From: Candidatus Obscuribacterales bacterium
Lineage (GTDB): Bacteria > Cyanobacteriota > Vampirovibrionia > Obscuribacterales > Obscuribacteraceae
Direction of reading: 5' to 3'
Length of the DNA stretch: 64,000 nucleotides
NCBI GenBank assembly: GCA_965228855.1
Contig: CBDDIJ010000003.1
Location: 32,001 to 96,000 of the forward strand
Shown: piece by piece, positions 38,399 through 48,024 of the stretch
How the letters are laid out: every line of letters begins with the position of its first letter
Numbering within the stretch: position 1 is the stretch's first letter
The notes under the pieces: model-generated
The model's database searches: none
What the model was told of the DNA's origin: nothing
The model's input: the letters and a program-made list of their open reading frames with translations, nothing else
Program-made: the position numbers and the translations under genes

Positions 38399-38929
38399 TT
38401 GGCGAACCTCTTTGACAAGAATGATGTTCAGATTGAATCGTTTCCATACGAGATACATCACACTGATCGTGAGGCACCGGAACTCGCATGTCCGCGGTGT
38501 GGGCACGTTCAAGCTCGCAGAAAACGTCAGGTTTGTGGTGGCTGCAATCACTTGATACCAGTGGAGAAATGTCGCCAGAGTTGGACTAATTTACCGACGG
38601 CGAAAGATAGTTACCGGAAGATGGCGCAAGTTTTCTTCGATGAAGGAAAAACGCGTGACTTCAGGAGCTCGCGAGGCAATTTCGGCTGGAAAGTGTTTAT
38701 CCGAAATGTCGTGGTAACGTTTTTCGTGGCGGCACTAGTTATGGTGCCAACCGTTTACGGCTTGCGTGCTTACGTGGGCGAGAAGGACTGGAAGAAAGTC
38801 GAGAATCGATTCGATGCGGTGATTGGACCCGCCTTTCATCGTATCAACGTTAATCCCAAGATTGCGTCTAAACCGCAAGACGCTAAGCCGAAAATTGCAA
38901 AACGGCAACGACCCCGCCGCCATCACTAG
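38399..38929 (+). CDS. Hypothetical membrane protein with N-terminal zinc ribbon
   Basis: CPRCG...CGGC and one TM segment (VVVTFFVAALVMVPTV). Confidence 0.65.
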   Translation: MANLFDKNDVQIESFPYEIHHTDREAPELACPRCGHVQARRKRQVCGGCNHLIPVEKCRQSWTNLPTAKDSYRKMAQVFFDEGKTRDFRSSRGNFGWKVFIRNVVVTFFVAALVMVPTVYGLRAYVGEKDWKKVENRFDAVIGPAFHRINVNPKIASKPQDAKPKIAKRQRPRRHH

Positions 38930-38936
38930 TTCAAAA

Positions 38937-40961
38937 CTAAAGTGTTGGCGAGCTGCCTGTTTCCGAAATCTGTGTCGGATCTTCTTCCACTACTTTTGGA
39001 GTGATGAGCAGCATCAACTCGGTTCGGTTTCGGCCTTTAAACGTGGTTCGGAAGAATGCGCCGAGAACTGGCATTTCAGCGAAGTACGGAACTTTGGACA
39101 GAATCGCCGCTTCCTGTTCGGTGAATAAACCGCCAATGGTTATCGTCTGTCCGTCCTTGATTCGAATTTCTTGCGTGATGATATCGCGCACGTTCAGCAA
39201 AGTGACTGTCGTCTGGTTGGCGCCCTGACCGAAGGTTTGCGGCGCTCCCAGTGGAGTGGAGACTTGTGGACGGATGCGGACTCTGACGAAACCGTCTTCG
39301 GTGACTTTAGGTAGCACGTTTAAAAAGATTCCGGCTTTCGCCAGCTCAACGTTTGTCGTTACGACACCCAAACTTACTGTAGATGTGACTTTGTGGACAA
39401 CTTCGTTGGCAATCGTGATCAATGCCTCTGTGTTGTCTACGACTACCAGGCTGGGATTCGCTATGACTTTTGCTTTGTTGGTCTGAAGCAGCAATTGCAA
39501 GTTCAAATTCACGGCGGTTGGCATTGTTGCAATGTTGGCGGCGCCACCGCCGCTGCCACCAAGGGTGAGGAAGTCGAAGCCACTAGCCGAGCTGGGAACT
39601 GGCTGGACGCCTGCGATGCTCGGGAAAACTGTCGGCAGAAGCGAGCCGACTAAACCTGTGAAGGCCGTGCCCGCATTAGTGGGTGTCGTGCTGTTGCCCG
39701 TGAAAGGAATACTCGGGTTAGTGGGGTTTGCTATGCCAGAACCGTTGACCGGACTTCCCAAGCCGGGTAGAAATGATAGTAGAGGAGCGGCCGAGTTCCC
39801 CATGATAGAAGCCGATACGCCCTGACCCTGGACGTTGAACGTGCTGCCCAGAAGTCGTACTCCCTGGTTGTTCAGTTCAACGAGCGACGCCTGAATGTGA
39901 ACTTGCTTGGGCCGGCGATCGATCATGCGAATTGCTTCTTCTGCAATCAGTACGTCCTGTTCGGTCCCGACCACAATTACTTGTCGTCCTTTAGAATCAG
40001 GAATAATAATCGTGCCACCATCATTCGGTTGCACTATGTAATCCGCGCTTATCTCTTGCAGTTGTCTGACTTGCTGGGTGCCCGGGTCGACGGCGGCGTT
40101 GTTGAATCCTACGCCCTCTTGAACCTGTTCGCGGGAAGAGCCGCGCATGGTCTTGGGTTGCTGGTCTCGGCTTACTTGTGTTTCGAATTCCGACTCTACC
40201 GTGACGTCGTCGCCATCTCCGCCGCCACCGCCGGCGCTACCATCACCTTTGGTGGCAGTTTTCGAGCGTTCTTTAAAGTCGGGGACGTAACCTCGGTTGA
40301 AGATTGAGGCTTGCAAAATCTGAGCGACATCGAAGGGATGGGCATAACTCAATTTAAATGCGCGTGCAACTGGTCGGTTTAATCCAAGTTGCACCATCGC
40401 TTGCAACGTGCCGACGATTACCGTGCTGCTGTCCAGTGTTCGGCTTTCTAGCCCAGCTGCGGCAAGCACGCTGTCCATTGCCTCGTTCAACGTTACATCG
40501 GTAAGTTCACCGGTAATTTTTCCGGTGACCGATTTGTCGACGATTATATTGAGATTGCCGCGCCTCGCGATCTCTGAAATCACCTCGCGCACCGGGGTAT
40601 CTCTGAAGCTCAAATGGTGAATCAAATTGGATTGCACAAACAGTTTGAACGGTTTGCGAATTTGAACCGTGCCGGTTACTGATGGCGTCCGCTTCAATTG
40701 ACTGGTTGGCTTAACAGCTGGAAGAGATTGGGCTAATTGCTTTCCGTCTGCCGACGTTGCTTCCGGCAAACTCGGCGTCACCTGAGCGATCGCAGGAGTG
40801 ATTGTCGATGCGGAGAGCGCCAGAGCGGCGATTACAGTTTTTGACGATAAAGAGAACGGTTTCGTTTCACAAGTATTTCGAGCATCGACTAGTGACACCA
40901 AAAATGGTGCCAGCACTTTTTTTAGAGATTTCGCTCGAGGTGAGAAACTTCGGCGAAGCAT
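38937..40961 (-). CDS. Secretin (PilQ/GspD family) outer-membrane channel
   Basis: LSFRDTPVREVI N0 domain, FKLSYAHP N3, QVHIQASLVE, KVIANP, GQTITIGGL, KVPYFAEMPVLGAFF, TELMLLITPKVV. Confidence 0.92.
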   Translation of the reverse strand: MLRRSFSPRAKSLKKVLAPFLVSLVDARNTCETKPFSLSSKTVIAALALSASTITPAIAQVTPSLPEATSADGKQLAQSLPAVKPTSQLKRTPSVTGTVQIRKPFKLFVQSNLIHHLSFRDTPVREVISEIARRGNLNIIVDKSVTGKITGELTDVTLNEAMDSVLAAAGLESRTLDSSTVIVGTLQAMVQLGLNRPVARAFKLSYAHPFDVAQILQASIFNRGYVPDFKERSKTATKGDGSAGGGGGDGDDVTVESEFETQVSRDQQPKTMRGSSREQVQEGVGFNNAAVDPGTQQVRQLQEISADYIVQPNDGGTIIIPDSKGRQVIVVGTEQDVLIAEEAIRMIDRRPKQVHIQASLVELNNQGVRLLGSTFNVQGQGVSASIMGNSAAPLLSFLPGLGSPVNGSGIANPTNPSIPFTGNSTTPTNAGTAFTGLVGSLLPTVFPSIAGVQPVPSSASGFDFLTLGGSGGGAANIATMPTAVNLNLQLLLQTNKAKVIANPSLVVVDNTEALITIANEVVHKVTSTVSLGVVTTNVELAKAGIFLNVLPKVTEDGFVRVRIRPQVSTPLGAPQTFGQGANQTTVTLLNVRDIITQEIRIKDGQTITIGGLFTEQEAAILSKVPYFAEMPVLGAFFRTTFKGRNRTELMLLITPKVVEEDPTQISETGSSPTL

Positions 40962-41205
40962 GATGTTTCCTGGATTTTTGACATTTTCATTGTAGCGCGA
41001 TAACTGGAATTTGCAATTGAATCACCTTATGTGGTACCGCTTGTGATTGAAACTATATGTGGTGCATATTTGTTTAGGGTTTGAATGGGGGCGAATGGGG
41101 GTGAATCGTTCACTCTGAAAGTGAACTAGGTTCAAAACTGTTTTATGCAAATAAGTTCACCGACAGCATTAGCTCGAGGTGTTAGATGCTGGAAACCCTC
41201 TCCGG

Positions 41206-42594
41206 CTATTTCTTTCCGGCTAGACCAAAAATAGCGATTTCAAGATTGTTGCGTGCTTCGCTTAAATGCGGATTTAAGCGCAGCGCCAGTTGTAATTGGG
41301 TTACTGCCGAAGCGACATCACCCATGCCGTAAAGTGCCCAGCCCAGGTCATTGCGTGCATGCGGATTGAGCGGATCGAGACTTACCGCTTGCTGAAATTC
41401 CTGAACGGCTCCGGAAAGATCGCTGTTGGCGTGCAATGCGCGCCCGAGCGCTATATGACTGTCGGCCGAGGTTGGGTCTAATAACGTCGCCTGCCGAGCC
41501 GTTCTCAAAGCGCTCTGATTTTCTTTCTTGGCTAACAACGCCCGCGTCAATGCCACGTGAGCTTTTGCGGAATTGGGCATTACCGAGACACCCTGGCGTG
41601 CAGCTTTGACCGCGCCATCGTAATCCTGAACAACGACTAGCGCTTCGGATAGACCGGAAAGTCCATCAGGTGTCGGCTTTGCGTCGTTGGCCCGGCGGAA
41701 CTCGTCGATTGCTTCCGAGATGCCGCCATGTCTCATGAGGCTTTCGCCGAAGAACACTCGAGCATCGGCGAAATTCGGATCGAGCTCTATTGCACGCTGA
41801 AATTCGACCTGAGCAGCAGACTGGTCTCCCGCCTCGTCGAGCAGGCGGGCGAGCAATGTGTGACCGATAACATCATCCGGTCTGAGCGCGATTGCGCGCT
41901 TCATCTCGGTTGCTGCTCCCTCATAATCGCCGGCCAGATAGAGATGGCATCCGAGGCGGATGCGAAGCGAAGGGTCTTGGGGCTTGTCTGTCACCATTCG
42001 GCGCAGTTTCACCATCAGGTCGCCAACTGTGCGTAAGTCGGTGTGCGTCAAATCCGTTCTGAAGAGATCAACGAGCGTTATCTCTTTTGGTTGCTTTCTT
42101 GCAGAATTCGCCGTCTTTGAGGGGTTTTTGGATTTCCCTGATTGAGGTTTGGTCTGCAATTTCGTATCGCCGGCGCCACCAGTTGTTTCAACGCTCCTGT
42201 CCACCGCCGGGGTCTTCCTGGCAGGCTTTGCGCTGCTGCTGGTCGTGGTCTGGGACTGAGCCGTCGTTGAAGGGTCGTTCTGCTCTTGCGTCTCTTTGTC
42301 CTGGCTTGTTTGCTCTTCAGCCTGCTGGGCTCGCCGTTTCGCCTGTTCCTGCGCCTCGCTCTGAGTTTGTAAGTCTCCGGCTTCGTCACCCTCTGCAGGC
42401 TTTTCGTCTTCAGTACTCGTGGTTTTTGACTTGCCGAGCCGCTTTCCCTTACCGAATACAAGTGCGTTAAAGTTTCCGAAAGTGGAATTCTCCAGCATCG
42501 GAGCCGCCACGACAGGCTCTGTTGAAACCGAAACGCTGTAAGCAATTACAACGATCAGACCGCTGAATGTCGACTTCATCCATTGTGATTTCAT
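41206..42594 (-). CDS. Secreted tetratricopeptide repeat protein
   Basis: Signal peptide, polar linker, then ~7 TPR units (AIALRPDD, AIELDPNF, ATLLDPTS, AVSLDPLN, ALRLNPHL). Confidence 0.88.
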   Translation of the reverse strand: MKSQWMKSTFSGLIVVIAYSVSVSTEPVVAAPMLENSTFGNFNALVFGKGKRLGKSKTTSTEDEKPAEGDEAGDLQTQSEAQEQAKRRAQQAEEQTSQDKETQEQNDPSTTAQSQTTTSSSAKPARKTPAVDRSVETTGGAGDTKLQTKPQSGKSKNPSKTANSARKQPKEITLVDLFRTDLTHTDLRTVGDLMVKLRRMVTDKPQDPSLRIRLGCHLYLAGDYEGAATEMKRAIALRPDDVIGHTLLARLLDEAGDQSAAQVEFQRAIELDPNFADARVFFGESLMRHGGISEAIDEFRRANDAKPTPDGLSGLSEALVVVQDYDGAVKAARQGVSVMPNSAKAHVALTRALLAKKENQSALRTARQATLLDPTSADSHIALGRALHANSDLSGAVQEFQQAVSLDPLNPHARNDLGWALYGMGDVASAVTQLQLALRLNPHLSEARNNLEIAIFGLAGKK

Positions 42595-42697
42595 TCGGAA
42601 AACCTCGGCTGTTGCCGCAGATGGCGAAATGAGGAGCTTAGCATGTTATTCTTGCACTAGCTGAGATGAACTTCCTGAAGCGCGTTTGAGAAACGGC

Positions 42698-43867
42698 ATG
42701 ATTAACACGGCCGCAAGGCAAACCTATATCACTTCTGCATACATCCATATCCCGTTTTGCTCGCACAAATGTGAGTTCTGCGATTTTGCTGCGGTGGCGG
42801 GATTGTCACATCTGGAAGACGAATACACAGAAATCATTTGCAAAGAAATCGCCGAGCGGACTGCAAAGATCGATCAGACCACTACACCAATTAAGCTGTC
42901 TACGCTGTTCTTCGGTGGTGGCACTCCAGGTTTGGCGAACCCGCATAATCTCGAGAAGATGATCAAGACGTTGGCGAAGACCGCCGAGATTGACAGTTCG
43001 CTTGAGTTTTCGATTGAAACTACCCCGCATGCCATTACCAGCGAGAAATTGCAGGCATGGAAAGACATGGGTATCAACCGCATCTCCATCGGGATTGAAT
43101 CTCTCAACGATTCTGAGCTCAAGGCGATCGGGCGTGACCATACGCGCGCACAAGCCCTGCAGGGACTTGAGTTGGCGAGTTCCACATTCGACAACATCAA
43201 TGTCGATTTTATGTACGGCCTTCCTACTCAGACGATTGAAAGTTGGCAAACTACTCTTAACGAGCTGGTTTCCATCACGCGCGAAAATTCTGCGGTCACC
43301 CACGTTTCATCCTACTGCCTTGAACTCGCTATCAATTCTCCCTTGCTGTCTCGTTTCCCTCGAAGTTCTCAGGCGTATCCCGCGGACGATAACATGGTCG
43401 AGTTTTTCGAAGCTTTATTGAAAACGCTTACCAGCGCCGGTTTTGACCATTACGAAGTTTCAAACTTTGCTCTTCCGGGTTTTGCCTGCGAACACAACAT
43501 GGTCTATTGGCGCAACATCCCATATCTAGCTTTCGGAGTTGGGGCGCACCGCTACGTTGGTGGAGTACGTAGCGCCAACTACAAGAGTCTCGGTCGCTAC
43601 ATGCGCGAGTATATGGGCGACGAAATGCACGAAGTGATCGATGACAGTACCCGTGTCAAAGAAGCCATCATGCTCGGACTTCGGATGCGGCGAGGGATAG
43701 ATGTGCTTGAGTTCGAGCGGGAATATGGCGTTAACTTGGCGAAAGACTTCGGTCGTCAAATTGCCAAGCTCGAGTCCGGTGGATTCGTCGAATTTGATGG
43801 CAGACGGCTCCGAATATCTGACGCAGGCGTGTTTATGAGCAATGCGATTCTATCGGAATTCATGTAA
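42698..43867 (+). CDS. hemW: Radical SAM heme chaperone HemW (HemN-like)
   Basis: YIHIPFCSHKCEFCDF, FFGGGTP, HYEVSNF, HNMVYW. Confidence 0.9.
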   Translation: MINTAARQTYITSAYIHIPFCSHKCEFCDFAAVAGLSHLEDEYTEIICKEIAERTAKIDQTTTPIKLSTLFFGGGTPGLANPHNLEKMIKTLAKTAEIDSSLEFSIETTPHAITSEKLQAWKDMGINRISIGIESLNDSELKAIGRDHTRAQALQGLELASSTFDNINVDFMYGLPTQTIESWQTTLNELVSITRENSAVTHVSSYCLELAINSPLLSRFPRSSQAYPADDNMVEFFEALLKTLTSAGFDHYEVSNFALPGFACEHNMVYWRNIPYLAFGVGAHRYVGGVRSANYKSLGRYMREYMGDEMHEVIDDSTRVKEAIMLGLRMRRGIDVLEFEREYGVNLAKDFGRQIAKLESGGFVEFDGRRLRISDAGVFMSNAILSEFM

Positions 43868-43968
43868 ACAGTTTCAGCCGCCCTCGTTACATTGAAATCG
43901 CAATCTCCGACTGGCTGCCGCATAGCGACTGCCTGCGTCAAATAATATGGTCGTTTAGTGGCGATAAG

Positions 43969-45681
43969 GTGGGGGTATGGAGATCTCGGCATATAAAAGT
44001 TAAAGCTCAAGAAGAACTTCTTTCAGATGCCGTGGTGACCGTCGAGAGGTTTACTTTGAAAGTCTGTCCTAAGTGCCAAGACGAGTTCGACGACAATGAA
44101 ACGGAGTGTCCCAACGATAAGACCACTCTGAAGTCAGAGCGTGATGCTCTGGTTGGACAGAAGCTTGGCAATAATCAACGCTATGAAGTGAAAGCCGTGC
44201 TGGGACGAGGCGGAATGGGAGTCGTCTATCGAGCGTACGACGAACAGACCGACCGGATAGTCGCGATCAAAATGCTCCATTCTCATAAGGTCGCTGATTC
44301 CGAAGCTCTGAAGCGATTTACGCGCGAAGCGAAAACTGTTGCTCAGGTCAAACATCACCATATTGTCACTCTGTTCGATTTCGGTATGTACAAAGCGCAG
44401 CCGTTTATCGTCATGGATTTTTTACAGGGCCGCAGTCTTAAGGACGAGTTGCAGCGCATCGGTCCGTTTCCATTCGACCGCGCATCAAAGATATTTACTC
44501 AAGTATTTGAAGCTCTCGAATGCGCGCACGAGCAAAAGGTCGTCCATCGCGATTTGAAGCCGGAAAACATTTTGCTGAGTAAGCACGGTGACGAAGAAGA
44601 CTGGGTGAAAATAGTCGACTTCGGATTATCGAAATTGCGCGACGAGAATCAAGAAGAAAATCACATTATCACCAAAGCTGGTGACGTCTGCGGAAGTCCT
44701 CCGTACATGAGCCCGGAGCAGTGCTACGCCACGTCGGTTATAGACCCACGCAGCGACATCTACTCGATGGGAATTGTTGTTTACGAGGTGCTTTCTGCGA
44801 AGCTTCCATACAAAGCTAAGTCGGCTATTGAGATGATGGACTGTCATCTTTACGCGCAACCGATTCCATTCTGTGATGTTGCGTCTGAGCTGAAAGGGTG
44901 CAACGAGACAACTTACGTTTTGAAAAAAGCACTGCACAAGGAGCCGGAAAACCGCTACCAGACGTGTGCAGAGTTCGCTAAAGAGTTAAGAGATGCCTTG
45001 CGTCGTGACTGGCCTAAGGTCAGATCGTATCGCTACCGGCTTGAAGATGTGACTTTCCAGGATCTAGAGAGCGAGGCTCAGGCACTGGAGACCGGCGAAC
45101 ATCCGGCGCTTGATTTTGCTTCCGTGGGTGCCAATGCGGTTCAAGACGTAATCAACGAGATGCGCACCGAGACCGCCGTGCACAGGAGTCAGGAGACCCA
45201 GCCGTACAGACCGCAACAGACCGTTCAGCAACAGCATCACGATGACTCAGAGATGGATGACGAGAAGCAAAGCTTTCTGCAGAAACTAATGTCGCTCTTC
45301 AGGCGTGAAGAGGACGAGGACGAAGAGGACGAAGTTGAGCCGCAGTTCGGCTATAGCAACTGTCCTTTCTGCTCCGCTCCCGTGAAGGCGCGCCTGCGTT
45401 TTTGCGTCAACTGCCAGCGGCAGCTACCGTCAGTTCAAGAATTCTCGAAATTGCGTTTGCAAAACGGCCGGTTTGCGATGCAAAAAAATATGAAACAAGA
45501 AGAACCCAAAGGCTTTAGCCGTCGTGCGAAGATGCGCAGCTCAAGCCCAGGTGCGTCGGCGTTTCAAAAGATGCTGACGTTTATTCTGATTTGTGCGTTA
45601 GGTTATGGTGGCTACAAAGCATACACCGACAAAAATTTCACTAAGAACATTCAGAAGATGATGAAGACCGCAATGAAGTAA
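43969..45681 (+). CDS. Hanks-type Ser/Thr protein kinase with N- and C-terminal Cys ribbons and C-terminal TM anchor
   Basis: CPKC...CPND; LGRGGMGVVY; HRDLKPEN; DFG; YMSPEQ; CPFC...CVNC; TM near the C-terminus. True start may be slightly downstream. Confidence 0.93.
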   Translation: MGVWRSRHIKVKAQEELLSDAVVTVERFTLKVCPKCQDEFDDNETECPNDKTTLKSERDALVGQKLGNNQRYEVKAVLGRGGMGVVYRAYDEQTDRIVAIKMLHSHKVADSEALKRFTREAKTVAQVKHHHIVTLFDFGMYKAQPFIVMDFLQGRSLKDELQRIGPFPFDRASKIFTQVFEALECAHEQKVVHRDLKPENILLSKHGDEEDWVKIVDFGLSKLRDENQEENHIITKAGDVCGSPPYMSPEQCYATSVIDPRSDIYSMGIVVYEVLSAKLPYKAKSAIEMMDCHLYAQPIPFCDVASELKGCNETTYVLKKALHKEPENRYQTCAEFAKELRDALRRDWPKVRSYRYRLEDVTFQDLESEAQALETGEHPALDFASVGANAVQDVINEMRTETAVHRSQETQPYRPQQTVQQQHHDDSEMDDEKQSFLQKLMSLFRREEDEDEEDEVEPQFGYSNCPFCSAPVKARLRFCVNCQRQLPSVQEFSKLRLQNGRFAMQKNMKQEEPKGFSRRAKMRSSSPGASAFQKMLTFILICALGYGGYKAYTDKNFTKNIQKMMKTAMK

Positions 45682-45736
45682 GTTCAGGTGCCACCATATT
45701 CGGTGACGCGTAACCTGGAGCTTCTCGTCGGAAAAC

Positions 45737-46036
45737 TCAGCTCGGGCGATACACGCCCTTCATGTTCTGTCCGATGCGGAAACCCTGAATCAAGTTGTGA
45801 CGCATCATCTGATAGAGTTCATGCAATGTCTCTTGATCGTTTATGCCGTGTTTGGTCGCGATGGTGTTTACTTGATCCATCGCGACAGCCGAAAAATAAA
45901 CTAGAACATCATCATGCACTTCGCCGCGACCCTGGTTGGGCAAGCGGAGAACTGCGCGTCCGAATTCGTTGGTGAATGCGTCAGCCAATTCGGCCGTCAG
46001 TAAATCCGAGTAAAAATTTTCTGCTTTCATTGCCAT
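45737..46036 (-). CDS. Hypothetical protein (99 aa)
   Basis: ORF track; co-directional with and 32 bp downstream of the UDG gene. Confidence 0.6.
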   Translation of the reverse strand: MAMKAENFYSDLLTAELADAFTNEFGRAVLRLPNQGRGEVHDDVLVYFSAVAMDQVNTIATKHGINDQETLHELYQMMRHNLIQGFRIGQNMKGVYRPS

Positions 46037-46068
46037 GTTTAGCTCACAGTTCCTTCGTAAGAGTTGGC

Positions 46069-46701
46069 TTACGTTGATAACCCTTCCAGAGCATCAAGTT
46101 GTTTTCTAACTTCTTTAATATCTTGCCACATGAGCCACTTCGGGCTGCCGACTTCACGTGAGTCATTACGCAGCAAATAAGACGGATGGAATATGGTCAT
46201 TACTTTAGCACCGTTCTTGAAATCAGACCATGTGCCGCGGACCTTGCTTATTGGGTTTTTAACTTGAAGCACGTGTTGCATCGCTGTCGATCCAGCCAGC
46301 AAAATTAGTTTTGGATTTACAAATTCAATTTGCGCTTCAAGAAAACCTTTGCAGGCTGCGGCTTCCGCAGGGGTAGGGACGCGATTGCCCGGAGGTCTGC
46401 ATTTCACGACGTTGCAGATATAAACGTCTCTGTCCTTATCAATGCCGCCGGATTCTAGAATTTTGTCGAGCAACTTTCCTGCGCGTCCAACGAACGGAAC
46501 GCCCTGTTCATCCTCGTTTTGACCAGGTCCCTCGCCGATGATCATTAATTTAGCTTGGGGATTGCCCCGGAAAAGTACCACGGAATTTCGCGTTTTGCAC
46601 AGATCGCAGGCACGGCACGAACGCGCTACTTCGTACATGGCATCGAGGTTTTCATAACCCGATAGTCCATTGAGATTTAATTGTTCGGTTGCATTCGTCA
46701 T
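46069..46701 (-). CDS. Uracil-DNA glycosylase family 4 (Fe-S)
   Basis: CRACDLC, IGEGPGQNED, NVVKCRPPGNR, HPSYLLR. Confidence 0.94.
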   Translation of the reverse strand: MTNATEQLNLNGLSGYENLDAMYEVARSCRACDLCKTRNSVVLFRGNPQAKLMIIGEGPGQNEDEQGVPFVGRAGKLLDKILESGGIDKDRDVYICNVVKCRPPGNRVPTPAEAAACKGFLEAQIEFVNPKLILLAGSTAMQHVLQVKNPISKVRGTWSDFKNGAKVMTIFHPSYLLRNDSREVGSPKWLMWQDIKEVRKQLDALEGLST

Positions 46702-46899
46702 AATTTTTTCGCTCGCAACATTTCTGATCGATCCGATAATCGCCGGTTTATTTGCCGTCGCATTTCAAAGTCACATCCAACTTTCGTTGCGATAGATCTT
46801 GGCGGCAAAACTTCAACGATCTATTTAGTCGATCGCGAGCAACGATACCTTAGTCGAATCTCCTCGACGCGGATCTAGTGGATATCGATTCTGTATGTC

Positions 46900-47901
46900 C
46901 TAGCCGACAGCTTCCGGAGCAATCAATTGAAGCGGCGCTGACATAGCTGGTTTTTGCAATCTGCGCAATACGAATGCTGCGGTCAATTCGTTTAGTGAAA
47001 CACTTTGAACCTGTCCGACGTTTTGCTTCAAGCAACGGCTTGCGACTCGGCCGAAAGTTTCCGCATCGCCGGTGGTCGCAAACGTTGTGGACAGATACGC
47101 GTCTGGCTGAACGCTCAAGGCGCCTGTAGACTTACCTGAGATAGATGTAGCCAGGCAATCTGCCGGGTCGATTATGAGAGCCGGATAATTGCCCATGCCG
47201 GCAAGAACGTTTTTCAGTGCTGCGTCCAGAAATGGATAGTGGGTGCAGCCATAAACAATGGCTTCGACTTCCTGTGCGATTAACTCATTCACATAAGGCT
47301 TTAGCGCTTCCTGCGCTTCATGCGCATCTCCAAGACCGGCTTCCACAACCGGTACCAGGAGCGGACATCCGATCTCAGTGACTTGAATCGATGTATCTAT
47401 AGAATTGATTATGCTGGAAAAGGCCTTTTTGCGCGCAGTTGCAGCAGTCGCCAGTACCCCGACCTTTTTGATGCCACGCTGCGCAATCAAGGCTGCGGTC
47501 GGATCGATCAGATCGAGAACCGGAACAGGTGCGTAGCTGACCAGTTGTTCTTTACCGGCCGCCGTACTGGTGTTGCAAGCCATGATGATCGCATCGATGT
47601 TGTGCTGCAAGAGCCAACTAGTAAGCTGTTTCACATAAGAAGTGATCTGACGGTCCGGACGGTTACCGTAGGGACAACGCAGTGTGTCACCTATATAAAC
47701 GAATTCTTTCTCACCACTGTACTCAAGTCTGGAGACCAGGCTGCGAAGCACTGAAAGCCCGCCCACGCCCGAATCGAAAAGGCCGATCCGCTTTATATTT
47801 CTCCAGGTCAACCCTGAGCACTGAATCATGTAGGTGATGGACTCCCTGCTGGGTGGGTAATGAGATTCTCTTCCGACCGGACGTTCTGATAACGCTGCCA
47901 C
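46900..47901 (-). CDS. murI: Glutamate racemase
   Basis: IGLFDSGVGGLSV, PYG, MACNTS, GCTHYP. Confidence 0.95.
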   Translation of the reverse strand: MAALSERPVGRESHYPPSRESITYMIQCSGLTWRNIKRIGLFDSGVGGLSVLRSLVSRLEYSGEKEFVYIGDTLRCPYGNRPDRQITSYVKQLTSWLLQHNIDAIIMACNTSTAAGKEQLVSYAPVPVLDLIDPTAALIAQRGIKKVGVLATAATARKKAFSSIINSIDTSIQVTEIGCPLLVPVVEAGLGDAHEAQEALKPYVNELIAQEVEAIVYGCTHYPFLDAALKNVLAGMGNYPALIIDPADCLATSISGKSTGALSVQPDAYLSTTFATTGDAETFGRVASRCLKQNVGQVQSVSLNELTAAFVLRRLQKPAMSAPLQLIAPEAVG

Positions 47902-48024
47902 AGTCTTATCTTAGGAGAGACTCACCTCATTGCCTGTTAATTCTGATTCTCAAGCGGTTAACCCCTGGTAAATTATTGCTTGCGCAACTACCAAGTCTCC
48001 CCTTTTCGATATGGCTTCGAACCG

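Noticed and set aside
42698..43867. Radical SAM enzyme as maturase for the GG-leader peptide
   Set aside because: Motifs identify housekeeping HemW; there is no SPASM/RRE domain, and unrelated genes separate it from the cluster.
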